IMG/VR virus record: IMGVR_UViG_3300017917_002237
Coordinates: 4,173-68,172 of that record
Origin: a virus
DNA: 64,000 nt
Strand: one strand, 5' to 3'
Part shown: positions 28,705 through 37,187 of the stretch, in pieces
How positions within the stretch are numbered: the stretch's first letter is position 1
Layout: each line of letters opens with the position of its first letter
Notes under the pieces: model-generated
What the model was told of the DNA's origin: nothing
The model's input: only the letters and a program-made list of their open reading frames with translations
Database searches by the model: none
Translations under genes and position numbers: made by a program

Positions 28705-29044
28705 TTGTATGATCCTTTGCAAGTGCTCTCAACATTTCACGATGACGATAGTCATCTTCCTTTTTAGCTCGCTTGTTTTCATCACTGAGCTTCAACATAT
28801 TGTCATAATCACGTGCCCAATGTACACCAATAAGCCAAACACGAATTTGCTCTAGTGTACCAGTAAAGATCTCAGCGTCTCGAGTGTAAACAGGCAAAGC
28901 ATCTGCATCCTTGGGCTTGACACCGGCACGGTCACCAAGGTCGTTAGACCAATTGCCATGCTTAGGAACACAGAGCACCAGACCAAGACGATCTAGGTCT
29001 TCTTCAAGTCTTCGAAGTTCTAATACAGCATTAAAGCCAGCCAT
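28679..29044 (-). CDS. Hypothetical phage protein
   Basis: LPVYTRDAE, GVHWARDYD. Confidence 0.65.
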   Translation of the reverse strand: MAGFNAVLELRRLEEDLDRLGLVLCVPKHGNWSNDLGDRAGVKPKDADALPVYTRDAEIFTGTLEQIRVWLIGVHWARDYDNMLKLSDENKRAKKEDDYRHREMLRALAKDHTNAEKEKTK

Positions 29045-29053
29045 TTTTATTCC

Positions 29054-29377
29054 TTAGGCAACATAACAAAGATCATCGAAGGTACGCAGGCTTTCTGCAC
29101 CATCGTATTCTTCAACGGTAAATCTGGTACCCGGTTCTACCCAACGAACAGTCAGTCCATCAGCGCCGCCCATGTAAGAAGTATAACCTAGCTCTTTGCA
29201 AAGAGATTCAATTTCCAGTATAGACTTTTCTGCGAGCACAGCATCAACGATGCGACAGTCGAATAGCAGGGCTTCGCGTTCATCAGTGTCAGCCCATGTA
29301 CTCCAGCCGGCACCAAAATCGCCGCTGATTAGTACGGCCACATTTCCATGTTCGTCGTAACGCTTAGAGTATTCCAT
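29054..29377 (-). CDS. Conserved phage protein (VAVL.S..FGAGWSTW family); likely leaderless
   Basis: GAGWSTW and EYDGAE motifs; ATG 6 nt after -10 box. Confidence 0.7.
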   Translation of the reverse strand: MEYSKRYDEHGNVAVLISGDFGAGWSTWADTDEREALLFDCRIVDAVLAEKSILEIESLCKELGYTSYMGGADGLTVRWVEPGTRFTVEEYDGAESLRTFDDLCYVA

Positions 29378-29383
29378 TGCACT

Positions 29384-29412
29384 ATTATAATGCAATAACG
29401 AATTTAGGTCAA
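29384..29412 (-). promoter_or_regulatory. sigma70-type promoter
   Basis: TTGACC-17-TATAAT. Confidence 0.75.
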
Positions 29413-29657
29413 TATTCGACTAATTTTTGTCGAATGTCCTTGTGTTTGATCACCAATACATTATGCACTCGATTTTGGTACATAATGGGCAGATCCAATT
29501 GAACAGTGATACGTGGGCCTTCATCCTCGCTGATCACACTGTCAGTTCCCACAGTGCCAATGAATGGAATTTTGTTCCAGTAACCAAAAACGCGATCACC
29601 GATTTCGTACTTGCCTTGATATCGGTTTTCACGGAAATAATCTGCTAGTGCGATCAT
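29409..29657 (-). CDS. Hypothetical phage protein
   Basis: IGDRVFGYWNKIPFIGTVG. Confidence 0.65.
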   Translation of the reverse strand: MIALADYFRENRYQGKYEIGDRVFGYWNKIPFIGTVGTDSVISEDEGPRITVQLDLPIMYQNRVHNVLVIKHKDIRQKLVEY

Positions 29658-30166
29658 GCTTCTTCTCTCTTTTGCTCAATAGCTCGCATGAGTAGTCGTT
29701 CAACCATTTGATTAAGAGTGATATCTTCTTCATGTGCCAGTTTCATCAATTGAAATAAATCGCTGTCTGGCAAATCAATAGGAACACTTACTCGTGTATC
29801 ATAGGGCATGCCAGATTTGATTCCTTCCACCTTTTGGAAGTAGTCATCCAAAGTTTCAAGATCCACGTAGTTAAGATCATCCCAGGCATTCTTAGGATCC
29901 GAGCCATTTGCGCGGCATTCTGCTTCGTATGCTTCACGATGTTCCTCAGCCTGCCAACGATAGGCACGACCATTGGCATAATCATGTGCTTGCAGTTCAT
30001 AGACAGTTGGACTTTTTGTACTGAAGACAATGGTAAAACTATAACCGTCTTGCGTACCAGACCAACTGTCCAAGCAGTATCCATGTTCATAGCAGTTGTA
30101 CATGTGCTCACTGCCTTCAGTGATGCGATAGTCTACTGCCTTCATCCAACGTTCCATAACACTCAT
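29654..30166 (-). CDS. Hypothetical with C-terminal HicB/RHH-like segment
   Basis: LMKLAHEEDITLNQMVE. Confidence 0.6.
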   Translation of the reverse strand: MSVMERWMKAVDYRITEGSEHMYNCYEHGYCLDSWSGTQDGYSFTIVFSTKSPTVYELQAHDYANGRAYRWQAEEHREAYEAECRANGSDPKNAWDDLNYVDLETLDDYFQKVEGIKSGMPYDTRVSVPIDLPDSDLFQLMKLAHEEDITLNQMVERLLMRAIEQKREEA

Positions 30167-30167
30167 A

Positions 30168-30509
30168 TCATTCTCCTTTGTCTTTAGATTGACTCATGTC
30201 AAATTCGTCGAAGAGTTTTTGCAGTTCTTCTTCTGCATCCCAGCTTTCGTCAACTTCGATGCCTTCTAGGCCAGGATCATCAAACTCCATATCAAAGTGC
30301 TCTAACACATCCAGGGGCAAGCCCCATATTTCAGGTGATGTTTCACAGTAGCCTTCAATAATATTCACACAGTCCTTGACAATCAATTCGGCGAACTTTT
30401 GATATGCTAGTTCACATTCTTCGGCACTCATCCATTTGGGCCAGGGCTTGCCATTTAAGTCTACATACAAGCCGGCCTCCATACCAAGCTGTTTAATTCG
30501 TTCGCTCAT
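30168..30509 (-). CDS. MNERIKEL-family protein with acidic tail
   Basis: MSERIKQL..KFAELIVKDC..LEHF. Confidence 0.65.
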   Translation of the reverse strand: MSERIKQLGMEAGLYVDLNGKPWPKWMSAEECELAYQKFAELIVKDCVNIIEGYCETSPEIWGLPLDVLEHFDMEFDDPGLEGIEVDESWDAEEELQKLFDEFDMSQSKDKGE

Positions 30510-30732
30510 CTGGATCTTTCTCAAAACAGGGTAAACATACTGCATCGTATTTGGGGCCGCCCGAACTTGATATAGCACCATTACAATACTTGCAAAGTAT
30601 GAACGCCTGTGTTACTATAGTTCCTGTTGGGTTTCTATATATAGGATAATATCCTTCTTCTCGCTCTACATAGCCCAGCAAAGTTCTTGTGTGATCTTTG
30701 CTAAGTTCTGCTAAGAACTTTTCTTCTTTCAT
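30493..30732 (-). CDS. Small CxxC..CxxC protein
   Basis: CKYC..GGP..CLPC. Confidence 0.55.
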   Translation of the reverse strand: MKEEKFLAELSKDHTRTLLGYVEREEGYYPIYRNPTGTIVTQAFILCKYCNGAISSSGGPKYDAVCLPCFEKDPDERTN

Positions 30733-30902
30733 TTGAATTCGTGTGCGTCCCAAATTAGGAACGCACCAATCACAGTCCACAGCACAGCCATGCCAGTTTG
30801 GCCTTGAAAATAATAATTGACTGCTGCCAGCAAATTTAGGCCGCCGATGGTGTAGCCAATGGGCTTACGGTTGCGCCCAAACCATTCTGCAAATTTACTC
30901 AT
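30729..30902 (-). CDS. Small two-TM membrane protein
   Basis: GGGAG RBS; two hydrophobic segments. Confidence 0.55.
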   Translation of the reverse strand: MSKFAEWFGRNRKPIGYTIGGLNLLAAVNYYFQGQTGMAVLWTVIGAFLIWDAHEFK

Positions 30903-30989
30903 ATTATACTCCCAGTTTAAGTGATTTAAAAAGTCTCTTAACACGCCATGCAATATACGCAGGCCATTCACGCCAGTGAATTCTAATCA

Positions 30990-31217
30990 TTATTCAACTC
31001 CGAAATGTTGTTTAATCAAGTCCCGATATTCGATCCAGCCTTGATAATGTTGATCGTTTTTGTAATCTAAAGTAAGTTCAACACATTCCTTGATAATCCT
31101 CCGTCCATATTCGATCATTTTCCGTTCATCGTAAAGATCGAATCCACGACCATCATGTGGCTCCTGATAATCAACCGCCCATGGATTGGGAAGTAGTTCT
31201 TTTAAAAGTTCGTTCAT
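30990..31217 (-). CDS. MNERIKEL-family small protein
   Basis: MNELLKEL..IIKEC..IKQHFGVE. Confidence 0.65.
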   Translation of the reverse strand: MNELLKELLPNPWAVDYQEPHDGRGFDLYDERKMIEYGRRIIKECVELTLDYKNDQHYQGWIEYRDLIKQHFGVE

Positions 31218-31363
31218 AGATGCTTTCCAAAAATACAATAAATGACAAACCATTTGCTGTATGAATTTTCAACCCAATAAGAATTCTTACGCCAAGTCAT
31301 GCCATCGGGACCCCACTGCCAGTGATAAGTTCCAAAACGGATATTAAACCAAAGATTGCTCAT
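31214..31363 (-). CDS. 49-aa Trp-rich peptide (not in ORF track)
   Basis: MSNLWFNIRFGTYHWQWGPDGMTW...; ATGA overlaps both sides. Confidence 0.55.
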   Translation of the reverse strand: MSNLWFNIRFGTYHWQWGPDGMTWRKNSYWVENSYSKWFVIYCIFGKHL

Positions 31364-31683
31364 CGTGGATCCATTCCGCCCGTGCTGACAATGTCAGTAT
31401 AACACAGATTGTCTTTTTGTTTCAAGTGTTTAATTGCTTCTTCCCAACCTTCTTGGAAAGTCTGCCAATGATCTTCCAGTGCGTCACTGACATATTCCCC
31501 TGTGGGCTTGCGGCGAAGACCATGAGCCGTTCCAAAGTTTGGGTAGCACACAGTTTCAAATGCTAGTCGCACAGGATCTTGTGTCATGAATTTTGGTGCG
31601 TATGGACCTTTACTACAAACATGAGCAACATCAAAGTCGGGGAAACTATCTCCACAAAAATCACAGGTCAAAGTTTTCATCAT
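31360..31683 (-). CDS. Hypothetical, N-terminal zinc-finger-like
   Basis: CDFC..HVC; ends DIVSTGGMDPR. Confidence 0.6.
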   Translation of the reverse strand: MMKTLTCDFCGDSFPDFDVAHVCSKGPYAPKFMTQDPVRLAFETVCYPNFGTAHGLRRKPTGEYVSDALEDHWQTFQEGWEEAIKHLKQKDNLCYTDIVSTGGMDPR

Positions 31684-32126
31684 TTAATTCCTTCTTTAAG
31701 ATATTTCCACCCTGTGAATCGTTCGTACTCTTCTTCGAGACGTTCAATTTCTTCCAACATATTTTTACGCTTACGCTCGCGCCATGCCGTAACAATGCTT
31801 CTAGTTTTTTCACTGTTAGAAACATCTGCTACAAAGCCTTCAATTGTGCCATACTTGACAGCATCTTCCATCCATTCACGGTCAACAACCATTGACTTGG
31901 ATAAATCAAAACTCCAACCATCGCCACAATCAACATAGGCATTGGGTTCATCTTTGCGATTATGACTTCTTGGGCCACCCATACAACTTAATACGGTAAC
32001 ATCATCGCCTCTAACATCTACGACAATAAAGTAGGGAACAAACATTTCTTGCCAATAATCACCGGGCTGTGGATTCTCAAGGCTTTCATAATTTGTACGT
32101 TTTTGCTGTTCGTAATCGTAGGACAT
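31680..32126 (-). CDS. Hypothetical phage protein
   Basis: NPQPGDYWQEMF. Confidence 0.65.
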   Translation of the reverse strand: MSYDYEQQKRTNYESLENPQPGDYWQEMFVPYFIVVDVRGDDVTVLSCMGGPRSHNRKDEPNAYVDCGDGWSFDLSKSMVVDREWMEDAVKYGTIEGFVADVSNSEKTRSIVTAWRERKRKNMLEEIERLEEEYERFTGWKYLKEGIK

Positions 32127-32138
32127 TATTTGATTTCT

Positions 32139-32333
32139 TTAATCTAAATCTAAATCTGTGTTGCCTGCATACACGGCTCTGGCAACTTCTCTGCCTGCTT
32201 CTTTAAGCACCGTTTCATTAAATCTATCTATATAGGCCCTGGCTTCAAGTGCGGTTTGAAATTTTTTTTCTAACCTGACCTGCGAGTATACAGGCCGTCC
32301 ATATTCCATTGGGTGTACTTTTACTTTGTGCAT
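32139..32333 (-). CDS. Hypothetical phage protein
   Basis: Coding-like ORF in run. Confidence 0.5.
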   Translation of the reverse strand: MHKVKVHPMEYGRPVYSQVRLEKKFQTALEARAYIDRFNETVLKEAGREVARAVYAGNTDLDLD

Positions 32334-32336
32334 CGT

Positions 32337-32594
32337 TCATTTAACTCCTCGTGTTCTTACCGTTCGCAAAATTCTATCTACATCATTGGCAGGATGATCT
32401 TCAACTCCGAAATGTTCTTTAACTCTGTCTTTGACAGTTGTTGCAGTAAAAGTATATCTTCCATACTGGGTTTGAACTTCGTCGCAGATAATTATAACTT
32501 CTTTAAGTATCAACTCGGCGAATTTTTGTTCATCATGCCCACGACCAGAAGGATTTCGTGAAAGGTCCCAAAGTTCTTTAATTCGTTCGTTCAT
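32337..32594 (-). CDS. MNERIKEL-family small protein
   Basis: MNERIKEL..KFAELI..VKEHFGVE. Confidence 0.7.
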   Translation of the reverse strand: MNERIKELWDLSRNPSGRGHDEQKFAELILKEVIIICDEVQTQYGRYTFTATTVKDRVKEHFGVEDHPANDVDRILRTVRTRGVK

Positions 32595-32809
32595 TCTTCA
32601 ACTCCGAAATGTTTCTTAATTGCCTTTGAGCAATCATGTGTCCCTCTTGCCCATTCTGAATTTATTTTATGATCCAACAATAAGTCACAATGATTAGCAC
32701 ATTCACGAACAATCAACTCGGCGAACTTTTCCAGTTCCTGACTAGAAATTAGATAGTTAGGGCCAGTTAGTCCTTGCTGTTTGGCCAGTTCTTTAATTCG
32801 TTCGTTCAC
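32591..32809 (-). CDS. MNERIKEL-family small protein
   Basis: NERIKELA..LEKFAELIVREC..IKKHFGVEE. Confidence 0.7.
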   Translation of the reverse strand: MNERIKELAKQQGLTGPNYLISSQELEKFAELIVRECANHCDLLLDHKINSEWARGTHDCSKAIKKHFGVEE

Positions 32810-32988
32810 TATCTGCGCTCCTCGACAAACCGCATAATTTGCTCAACCCATTCAGGATTGCGTTCAATGATTTCATCAATGACATCATCTAGTTCGGCAA
32901 GTCTTCGCTTGTCTGGTGTAGGATTGTGAAAACAATCCAGCATTTCATCTAGAGTTAAATCACGATTGGTTTTTTGATACTTGATCAT
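32809..32988 (-). CDS. 59-aa hypothetical (not in ORF track)
   Basis: MIKYQKTNRDLTLDEMLDC...; fills gap with start/stop overlaps. Confidence 0.55.
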   Translation of the reverse strand: MIKYQKTNRDLTLDEMLDCFHNPTPDKRRLAELDDVIDEIIERNPEWVEQIMRFVEERR

Positions 32989-33407
32989 TATACTACATCG
33001 TCCTTTTTATCGCTAGGGTATTTTGCACTAGTATACCTAACAATCAACACACTGATAGCAATTACAAAAGTAGAGCCAGCAACCGCCAACATTTCATTTA
33101 CATTGATAGGTAAGTGGCTCATAATATCCACCATGTGGCGTGTCAGTGCAGTAATAGCAATATACAGCAGGAAGCGCACTGGCATGTGATTGGTTTTAAA
33201 ATAGATACCAACCATTGCACCAATTTCTAGGTAAATGAATAGCAATAATAGATCACTTACACTAGCATGATGCTTATGAAATAGTTCACTAAATTCCCAT
33301 GCCGCCGCCCAGACGGTAGCGGCGCCAATGGCAAACAAGGCCAGGCGATGAAATATATCCACTAGAAGATTGCCTACATTGTCAACTCGTTTGATGTGTC
33401 GTAACAT
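32988..33407 (-). CDS. psiE: Phosphate-starvation-inducible PsiE family membrane protein
   Basis: DLLLLFIYLEIGAMVGIYFKTNHMPVRFLLYIAITALTR. Confidence 0.85.
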   Translation of the reverse strand: MLRHIKRVDNVGNLLVDIFHRLALFAIGAATVWAAAWEFSELFHKHHASVSDLLLLFIYLEIGAMVGIYFKTNHMPVRFLLYIAITALTRHMVDIMSHLPINVNEMLAVAGSTFVIAISVLIVRYTSAKYPSDKKDDVV

Positions 33408-33410
33408 TTT

Positions 33411-33599
33411 TCATCCAATAAAATTTATAGGAGGAGGTGTGCCTCTGAATCCCATGGCTTGTGCATATCCATCGGGGCCGAAACCAACGCCGCCGATCAG
33501 GAACCACCCGCCAGCAATCATGGCATTTACTTTTACCATAAGGCCTTTGGCTGTGGTATCTTCAAGTATGACATATGCACAGTTGGCTATCTCTATCAT
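33411..33599 (-). CDS. DUF1737-like small protein
   Basis: KVNAMIAGGW..GGV..YAQAM. Confidence 0.6.
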   Translation of the reverse strand: MIEIANCAYVILEDTTAKGLMVKVNAMIAGGWFLIGGVGFGPDGYAQAMGFRGTPPPINFIG

Positions 33600-34075
33600 A
33601 ACTTGGGCAAGATTATTCCTGATTCTGTTTTTATGCCATTGTCATAATGACTTTCATCTTGGTCATAGGTCCAGCCCAGAGCTCGCATCATACGATGCTT
33701 GACCAAGAGGTTGGGACTACGAAATGATTCAGTGTCATCAAAACCCAACATAACACCAAGCTCGCAGACTGCGCCACTGCGGCAAACACCTGCATGACAG
33801 TGAACAACCACGTTCATACGGTTAGCCAAGGCATGTTGCAGTAGACGAACTAGATCGTTGGCTTGTTCTTGACTGCACCGCATTGATTCTTCTAATGCAA
33901 AATCATGTTCCTCAATATCAAGGAATTGAAACTGATGTACTTCCTTGAAGTTGTATTTGGGGGTAGGAAAGTCGCCAGGTGGATCCACAATTTGAATCAG
34001 CATGGCATTATCACCGGGGTTGATATGAAACCCCTTCTTAATGTCACTCATGCTAACATTCTGAATCCAAGGCAT
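33596..34075 (-). CDS. Protein-tyrosine/dual-specificity phosphatase-like
   Basis: VHCHAGVCRSG (CX5R). Confidence 0.85.
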   Translation of the reverse strand: MPWIQNVSMSDIKKGFHINPGDNAMLIQIVDPPGDFPTPKYNFKEVHQFQFLDIEEHDFALEESMRCSQEQANDLVRLLQHALANRMNVVVHCHAGVCRSGAVCELGVMLGFDDTESFRSPNLLVKHRMMRALGWTYDQDESHYDNGIKTESGIILPKL

Positions 34076-34076
34076 G

Positions 34077-34400
34077 CTAAATCTTTAGCGTGGACCAAAA
34101 GGCGGTCTGTTGCAAATCTGTTTCGAACTCTGGATACACTTTGTTTAGATTTTCCAGGCTCACGCTATTATAGCCTTTTTTGCTCTTACTGTCAATAAGT
34201 TTATTGATGTTTCGCTGACTTTCAGTACTGACTTTGGTCATTAATTTCTTGCCGCGACGTCCCCAAAAAGTCACAATCTGATGATTGGGATCGTAGACAT
34301 ACTTGTTGATGTCACGCTCTAGAATGATCACACCCCAGACCTTATCATGGTTATCTTCTTTGCACCAACCGATCCATTCGTAATTCATATTACCCACCAA
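34077..34400 (-). CDS. WGR-domain-like protein
   Basis: HDKVW..FWGRRG..KSKKGY. Confidence 0.6.
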   Translation of the reverse strand: MVGNMNYEWIGWCKEDNHDKVWGVIILERDINKYVYDPNHQIVTFWGRRGKKLMTKVSTESQRNINKLIDSKSKKGYNSVSLENLNKVYPEFETDLQQTAFWSTLKI

Positions 34401-34587
34401 AATATTTGATGATAATGTTCATTGCTTCAACAAGCCTAGTATTATTAACTACATCTTCGGGATGTAGGTACTCACCCTTTTTGAAGTTGCGAAGTTCTTT
34501 CTGCAAATAACTGCGATGCTCTTTAAGGGTGAGTAAGGTGATACCATCAGCCACTTCACCATCGAGTACGATTTGTCGTTTAGCCAC
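34390..34587 (-). CDS. Hypothetical phage protein
   Basis: GTG start with GGAG RBS; LHPEDV..IIKYFGG. Confidence 0.55.
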   Translation of the reverse strand: MAKRQIVLDGEVADGITLLTLKEHRSYLQKELRNFKKGEYLHPEDVVNNTRLVEAMNIIIKYFGG

Positions 34588-35092
34588 GATATTTCTCCAG
34601 GTTGCTACGTGCAATGCCCAAGAGAACAGGATCTCCCTTGGTGAGAACTTCCAGTAGCAGACGCTTCTCCTCCATGTAAACTCTGGCAAAGGTAGCATCA
34701 TGTTCCACGATAGTTCGCGTATTACTGATCAGGTCAGCCAGCTTGACGGTTTGCGCTTCGGCTGGAGCCATGGCTGTATGGGCACGGTCAATGGCTTTAC
34801 GTGTTGCCCTGTTGCCTTGTTCGGGGCGGCTGACGTCCGTAAGCCATCCCACCAGGTCAGCGACCTTTTCTCCAAATTCTGCGCGAATGATTTCAATTGT
34901 GACTCCTGTGTCTTCAACTACATCATGCAACCAAGCGGCGGCAATTTGTTCTTCTGTGTGCGGCACCGATGACACAATACTGGCAACCTCGGCAGGATGC
35001 ACAATATAAGGTTCATTGGTGTACTTGCGGAGTTGAGCCACGGCGGCATGTGCCGCAGTAGCAAAAATTCTAGCTCGTTCTGTTAACATCAT
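34580..35092 (-). CDS. HD-domain hydrolase, RelA/SpoT-Mesh1-like
   Basis: FATAAH..RKYTNEPYIVHP, AAWLHDVVEDT, VKLAD..N. Confidence 0.85.
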   Translation of the reverse strand: MMLTERARIFATAAHAAVAQLRKYTNEPYIVHPAEVASIVSSVPHTEEQIAAAWLHDVVEDTGVTIEIIRAEFGEKVADLVGWLTDVSRPEQGNRATRKAIDRAHTAMAPAEAQTVKLADLISNTRTIVEHDATFARVYMEEKRLLLEVLTKGDPVLLGIARSNLEKYRG

Positions 35093-35341
35093 CTAGTGTA
35101 CCTGTCTTTCTGTTGGCTCTTCACCGTCGCCTTCAATGAGACCAAATGCCTGAGCAAGAGCGTGAGCCTCATCATCACTGAGTTCATCCAGGTTAACGGG
35201 CACGGCACGTTCTTGCATTTCGCCTGATTCTGCTAGACGCATGATCTCGGCAATGAGTCCATCCAGTTCCTCCTGGGTGCCTTCAAAATTATCAAAGCAA
35301 CCAGGAGCGAACTCCACTTTAATTTTTTTATCTTCTGTCAT
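35093..35341 (-). CDS. Hypothetical acidic protein
   Basis: FAPGCFDNFEGTQEELD. Confidence 0.6.
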   Translation of the reverse strand: MTEDKKIKVEFAPGCFDNFEGTQEELDGLIAEIMRLAESGEMQERAVPVNLDELSDDEAHALAQAFGLIEGDGEEPTERQVH

Positions 35342-35342
35342 T

Positions 35343-35615
35343 TTAATGCAGATCAACTTGCACTTGACGGAAACCGCGAGCATCGGTAACTAAGCCCAGA
35401 GGCAAAGGTTCTCCATGATGCTGAGCCATGCGGCGTTGATAAGACAACTTCAGCAGAGCTTCCCAAACTGCTACGCGGGCATCGCGAGTAGCGAACATGT
35501 CGCTCATTTGCTGAATGGTAATAACCATACCCACATCCTCACCGCTCTGAGCCGTAAGAATAAAACGAAACTTCTGGCTATTCTTAAAACCTTCAATGAT
35601 CGTCTTGGTACGCAT
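35343..35615 (-). CDS. Hypothetical phage protein
   Basis: GGAG RBS; early promoter upstream. Confidence 0.6.
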   Translation of the reverse strand: MRTKTIIEGFKNSQKFRFILTAQSGEDVGMVITIQQMSDMFATRDARVAVWEALLKLSYQRRMAQHHGEPLPLGLVTDARGFRQVQVDLH

Positions 35616-35642
35616 CGCGCTCTCCAGTTAGTTGATAACACA

Positions 35643-35671
35643 ATTATACAGCCAAATTGATTTTATGTCAA
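35643..35671 (-). promoter_or_regulatory. Early promoter family copy
   Basis: TTGACA-17-TATAAT. Confidence 0.8.
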
Positions 35672-35986
35672 TTAAAGGGTATTTAGGCTAGGTTGCAGTT
35701 CACGAGTCAGTTCACGCTCACGTGCATGAGCTTCGCTCTTGCCGCGAACCTTTTCCAGCAGGTGATACGTGAAGTTCTCAGGACCATGCTCACGCATGCT
35801 ACGGCACAATGCCCACGTCTTGTTCTCAGTGAGCGCACGACGAACGTGCTTCTGTATGCGAACCTTCAGGCACTTCACTACACTACCAGAAGCCACAGTC
35901 ACACCAATATAGAAATCACCCGTAACTTCGTTGGTGATCTGATATATTGCGTGGTTTCTGTCGCTTCTTGCTTTACGTTTCGTCAT
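35672..35986 (-). CDS. GIY-YIG nuclease-family protein; likely leaderless
   Basis: AIYQI..FYIG, R, E, LN; ATG 6 nt after -10 box. Confidence 0.75.
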   Translation of the reverse strand: MTKRKARSDRNHAIYQITNEVTGDFYIGVTVASGSVVKCLKVRIQKHVRRALTENKTWALCRSMREHGPENFTYHLLEKVRGKSEAHARERELTRELQPSLNTL

Positions 35987-35992
35987 ACCATT

Positions 35993-36037
35993 ATTATACG
36001 ACAAATGGTATTTTCGGTCAATTATTGAGTATTTTTG
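35993..36037 (-). promoter_or_regulatory. Early promoter family copy
   Basis: CAAAAATACTCAATAA-TTGACC-17-TATAAT. Confidence 0.85.
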
Positions 36038-36160
36038 GCCTAGGGGCGCAGATTGCTGTCGTTTAAGATTGGCGCGAAGTATCCAGGCGTATTGCAGGAC
36101 CTAGTGGCCGCCTAATCCCCCTATGCTGATTAGCTCAGTGAGCTGCCTTCACACGGTAGT
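36038..36160 (-). ncRNA. Candidate structured non-coding RNA with own promoter
   Basis: No ORF; stems AGCTC/GAGCT, CTAATC/GATTAG, CTAGG/CCTAG; promoter at 36164-36192. Confidence 0.35.
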
Positions 36161-36163
36161 ATT

Positions 36164-36208
36164 ACTATAACACCAGTGGGATTTTTTGTCAATTATTGAG
36201 TATTTTTG
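36164..36208 (-). promoter_or_regulatory. Early promoter family copy
   Basis: CAAAAATACTCAATAA-TTGACA-17-TATAGT. Confidence 0.75.
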
Positions 36209-36210
36209 AG

Positions 36211-36642
36211 TTAGTCGAGCTTGTAGTATTTGATACGATATGCTCTTGCCAAACAGATGTTGAATTTTGCCAGTTCGTTGCGCCATTGGAAAAACTTGCG
36301 ACCATGTGTCATGTTTTCATGAGTTAGCCATTCCCACTGGTGTACCATTTCATGTGCCATGGTGTCTATGAAAAGACGTTTGCTTAGAAAGCTCTTGTTC
36401 ATGAAGATCGTGCACTTGGCAGGATCATCTAAGTCTCCCCTGCACATACCCCAGAAGTCTTTACTATACATCAATCTGAAGTTAGGCATGCGTAGTTCAT
36501 TGTTGAACACTTTAGCGTTTATATTGCGGAAGACTTCTCTGCAATCGCAGATCGTAGGCCTGAACTTATGATCTTCCACCCAGCAGGCTTGGACCATACG
36601 AAACAGTTTGGTACGTTCGATACGCTTTCTGGACCTAGACAT
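36211..36642 (-). CDS. SprT-like zinc metalloprotein
   Basis: FNNEL, TMAHEMVHQW, HG..F. Confidence 0.85.
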   Translation of the reverse strand: MSRSRKRIERTKLFRMVQACWVEDHKFRPTICDCREVFRNINAKVFNNELRMPNFRLMYSKDFWGMCRGDLDDPAKCTIFMNKSFLSKRLFIDTMAHEMVHQWEWLTHENMTHGRKFFQWRNELAKFNICLARAYRIKYYKLD

Positions 36643-36700
36643 TTCAGCTCCCTTCGCACAATATTATTTATGCAAGTTTAGCTGAAAGTTTAGTAAAAAA

Positions 36701-37187
36701 TCAACTCTTTTTTGGTATGGGTCGAAATCCGTTTAGAATTTCCCATTCTTCGTCGCTGACTGGCCACCAATTTGTCATGGATGAACCTCCCATCCTTCTC
36801 GCTTCCATCTGGCTAGCATAATTAATATTTCAATGAAATTCATAGTTTTGTTTCAAAAATAGTTCGTCTGCTGTAATAACTGCTATTTTAATGCACAGGG
36901 TTACCAACATAATCATAAAAAGTTCCATGGTAACTACGCTCAATAAAAGTTTCGATATTTGTCGTTTTGACGATACTCGTTGATGGCCTCGGACCATGCT
37001 ACTAGAAAATCCCAGATTCCTTTGATTATCTTCATAGCCAACCTCCCTGAGGCTTTCTATAACTCCACTGTCTCATTAGATGATCAACATCGGCAGCACT
37101 CTGTGGGTAGTGACTGGCAATCCAACGCTCTAGGTCAGAGCGGCGGTCAATTTTAAAAATTCTTTGTAAGAATCGCAACATATACAT
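36701..37187 (-). other. Run of five mini-ORFs (51, 31, 32, 22, 25 aa); first is DUF3563-like
   Basis: 37032-37187, 36940-37035, 36830-36928, 36775-36843, 36701-36778; two ATGA overlaps and two GGAGG RBS. Confidence 0.5.

Noticed and set aside
28106-32809. Diversity-generating retroelement behind the paralog variability
   Set aside because: No reverse transcriptase in the window and no adenine-specific TR/VR pair
35672-35986. Homing endonuclease inside a group I intron
   Set aside because: Free-standing with its own promoter; no interrupted host gene or intron core seen
36038-36160. Hammerhead or HDV/theta ribozyme
   Set aside because: CTGATTAG lacks the GAAA core, and no P3/L3 nested pseudoknot could be built by eye
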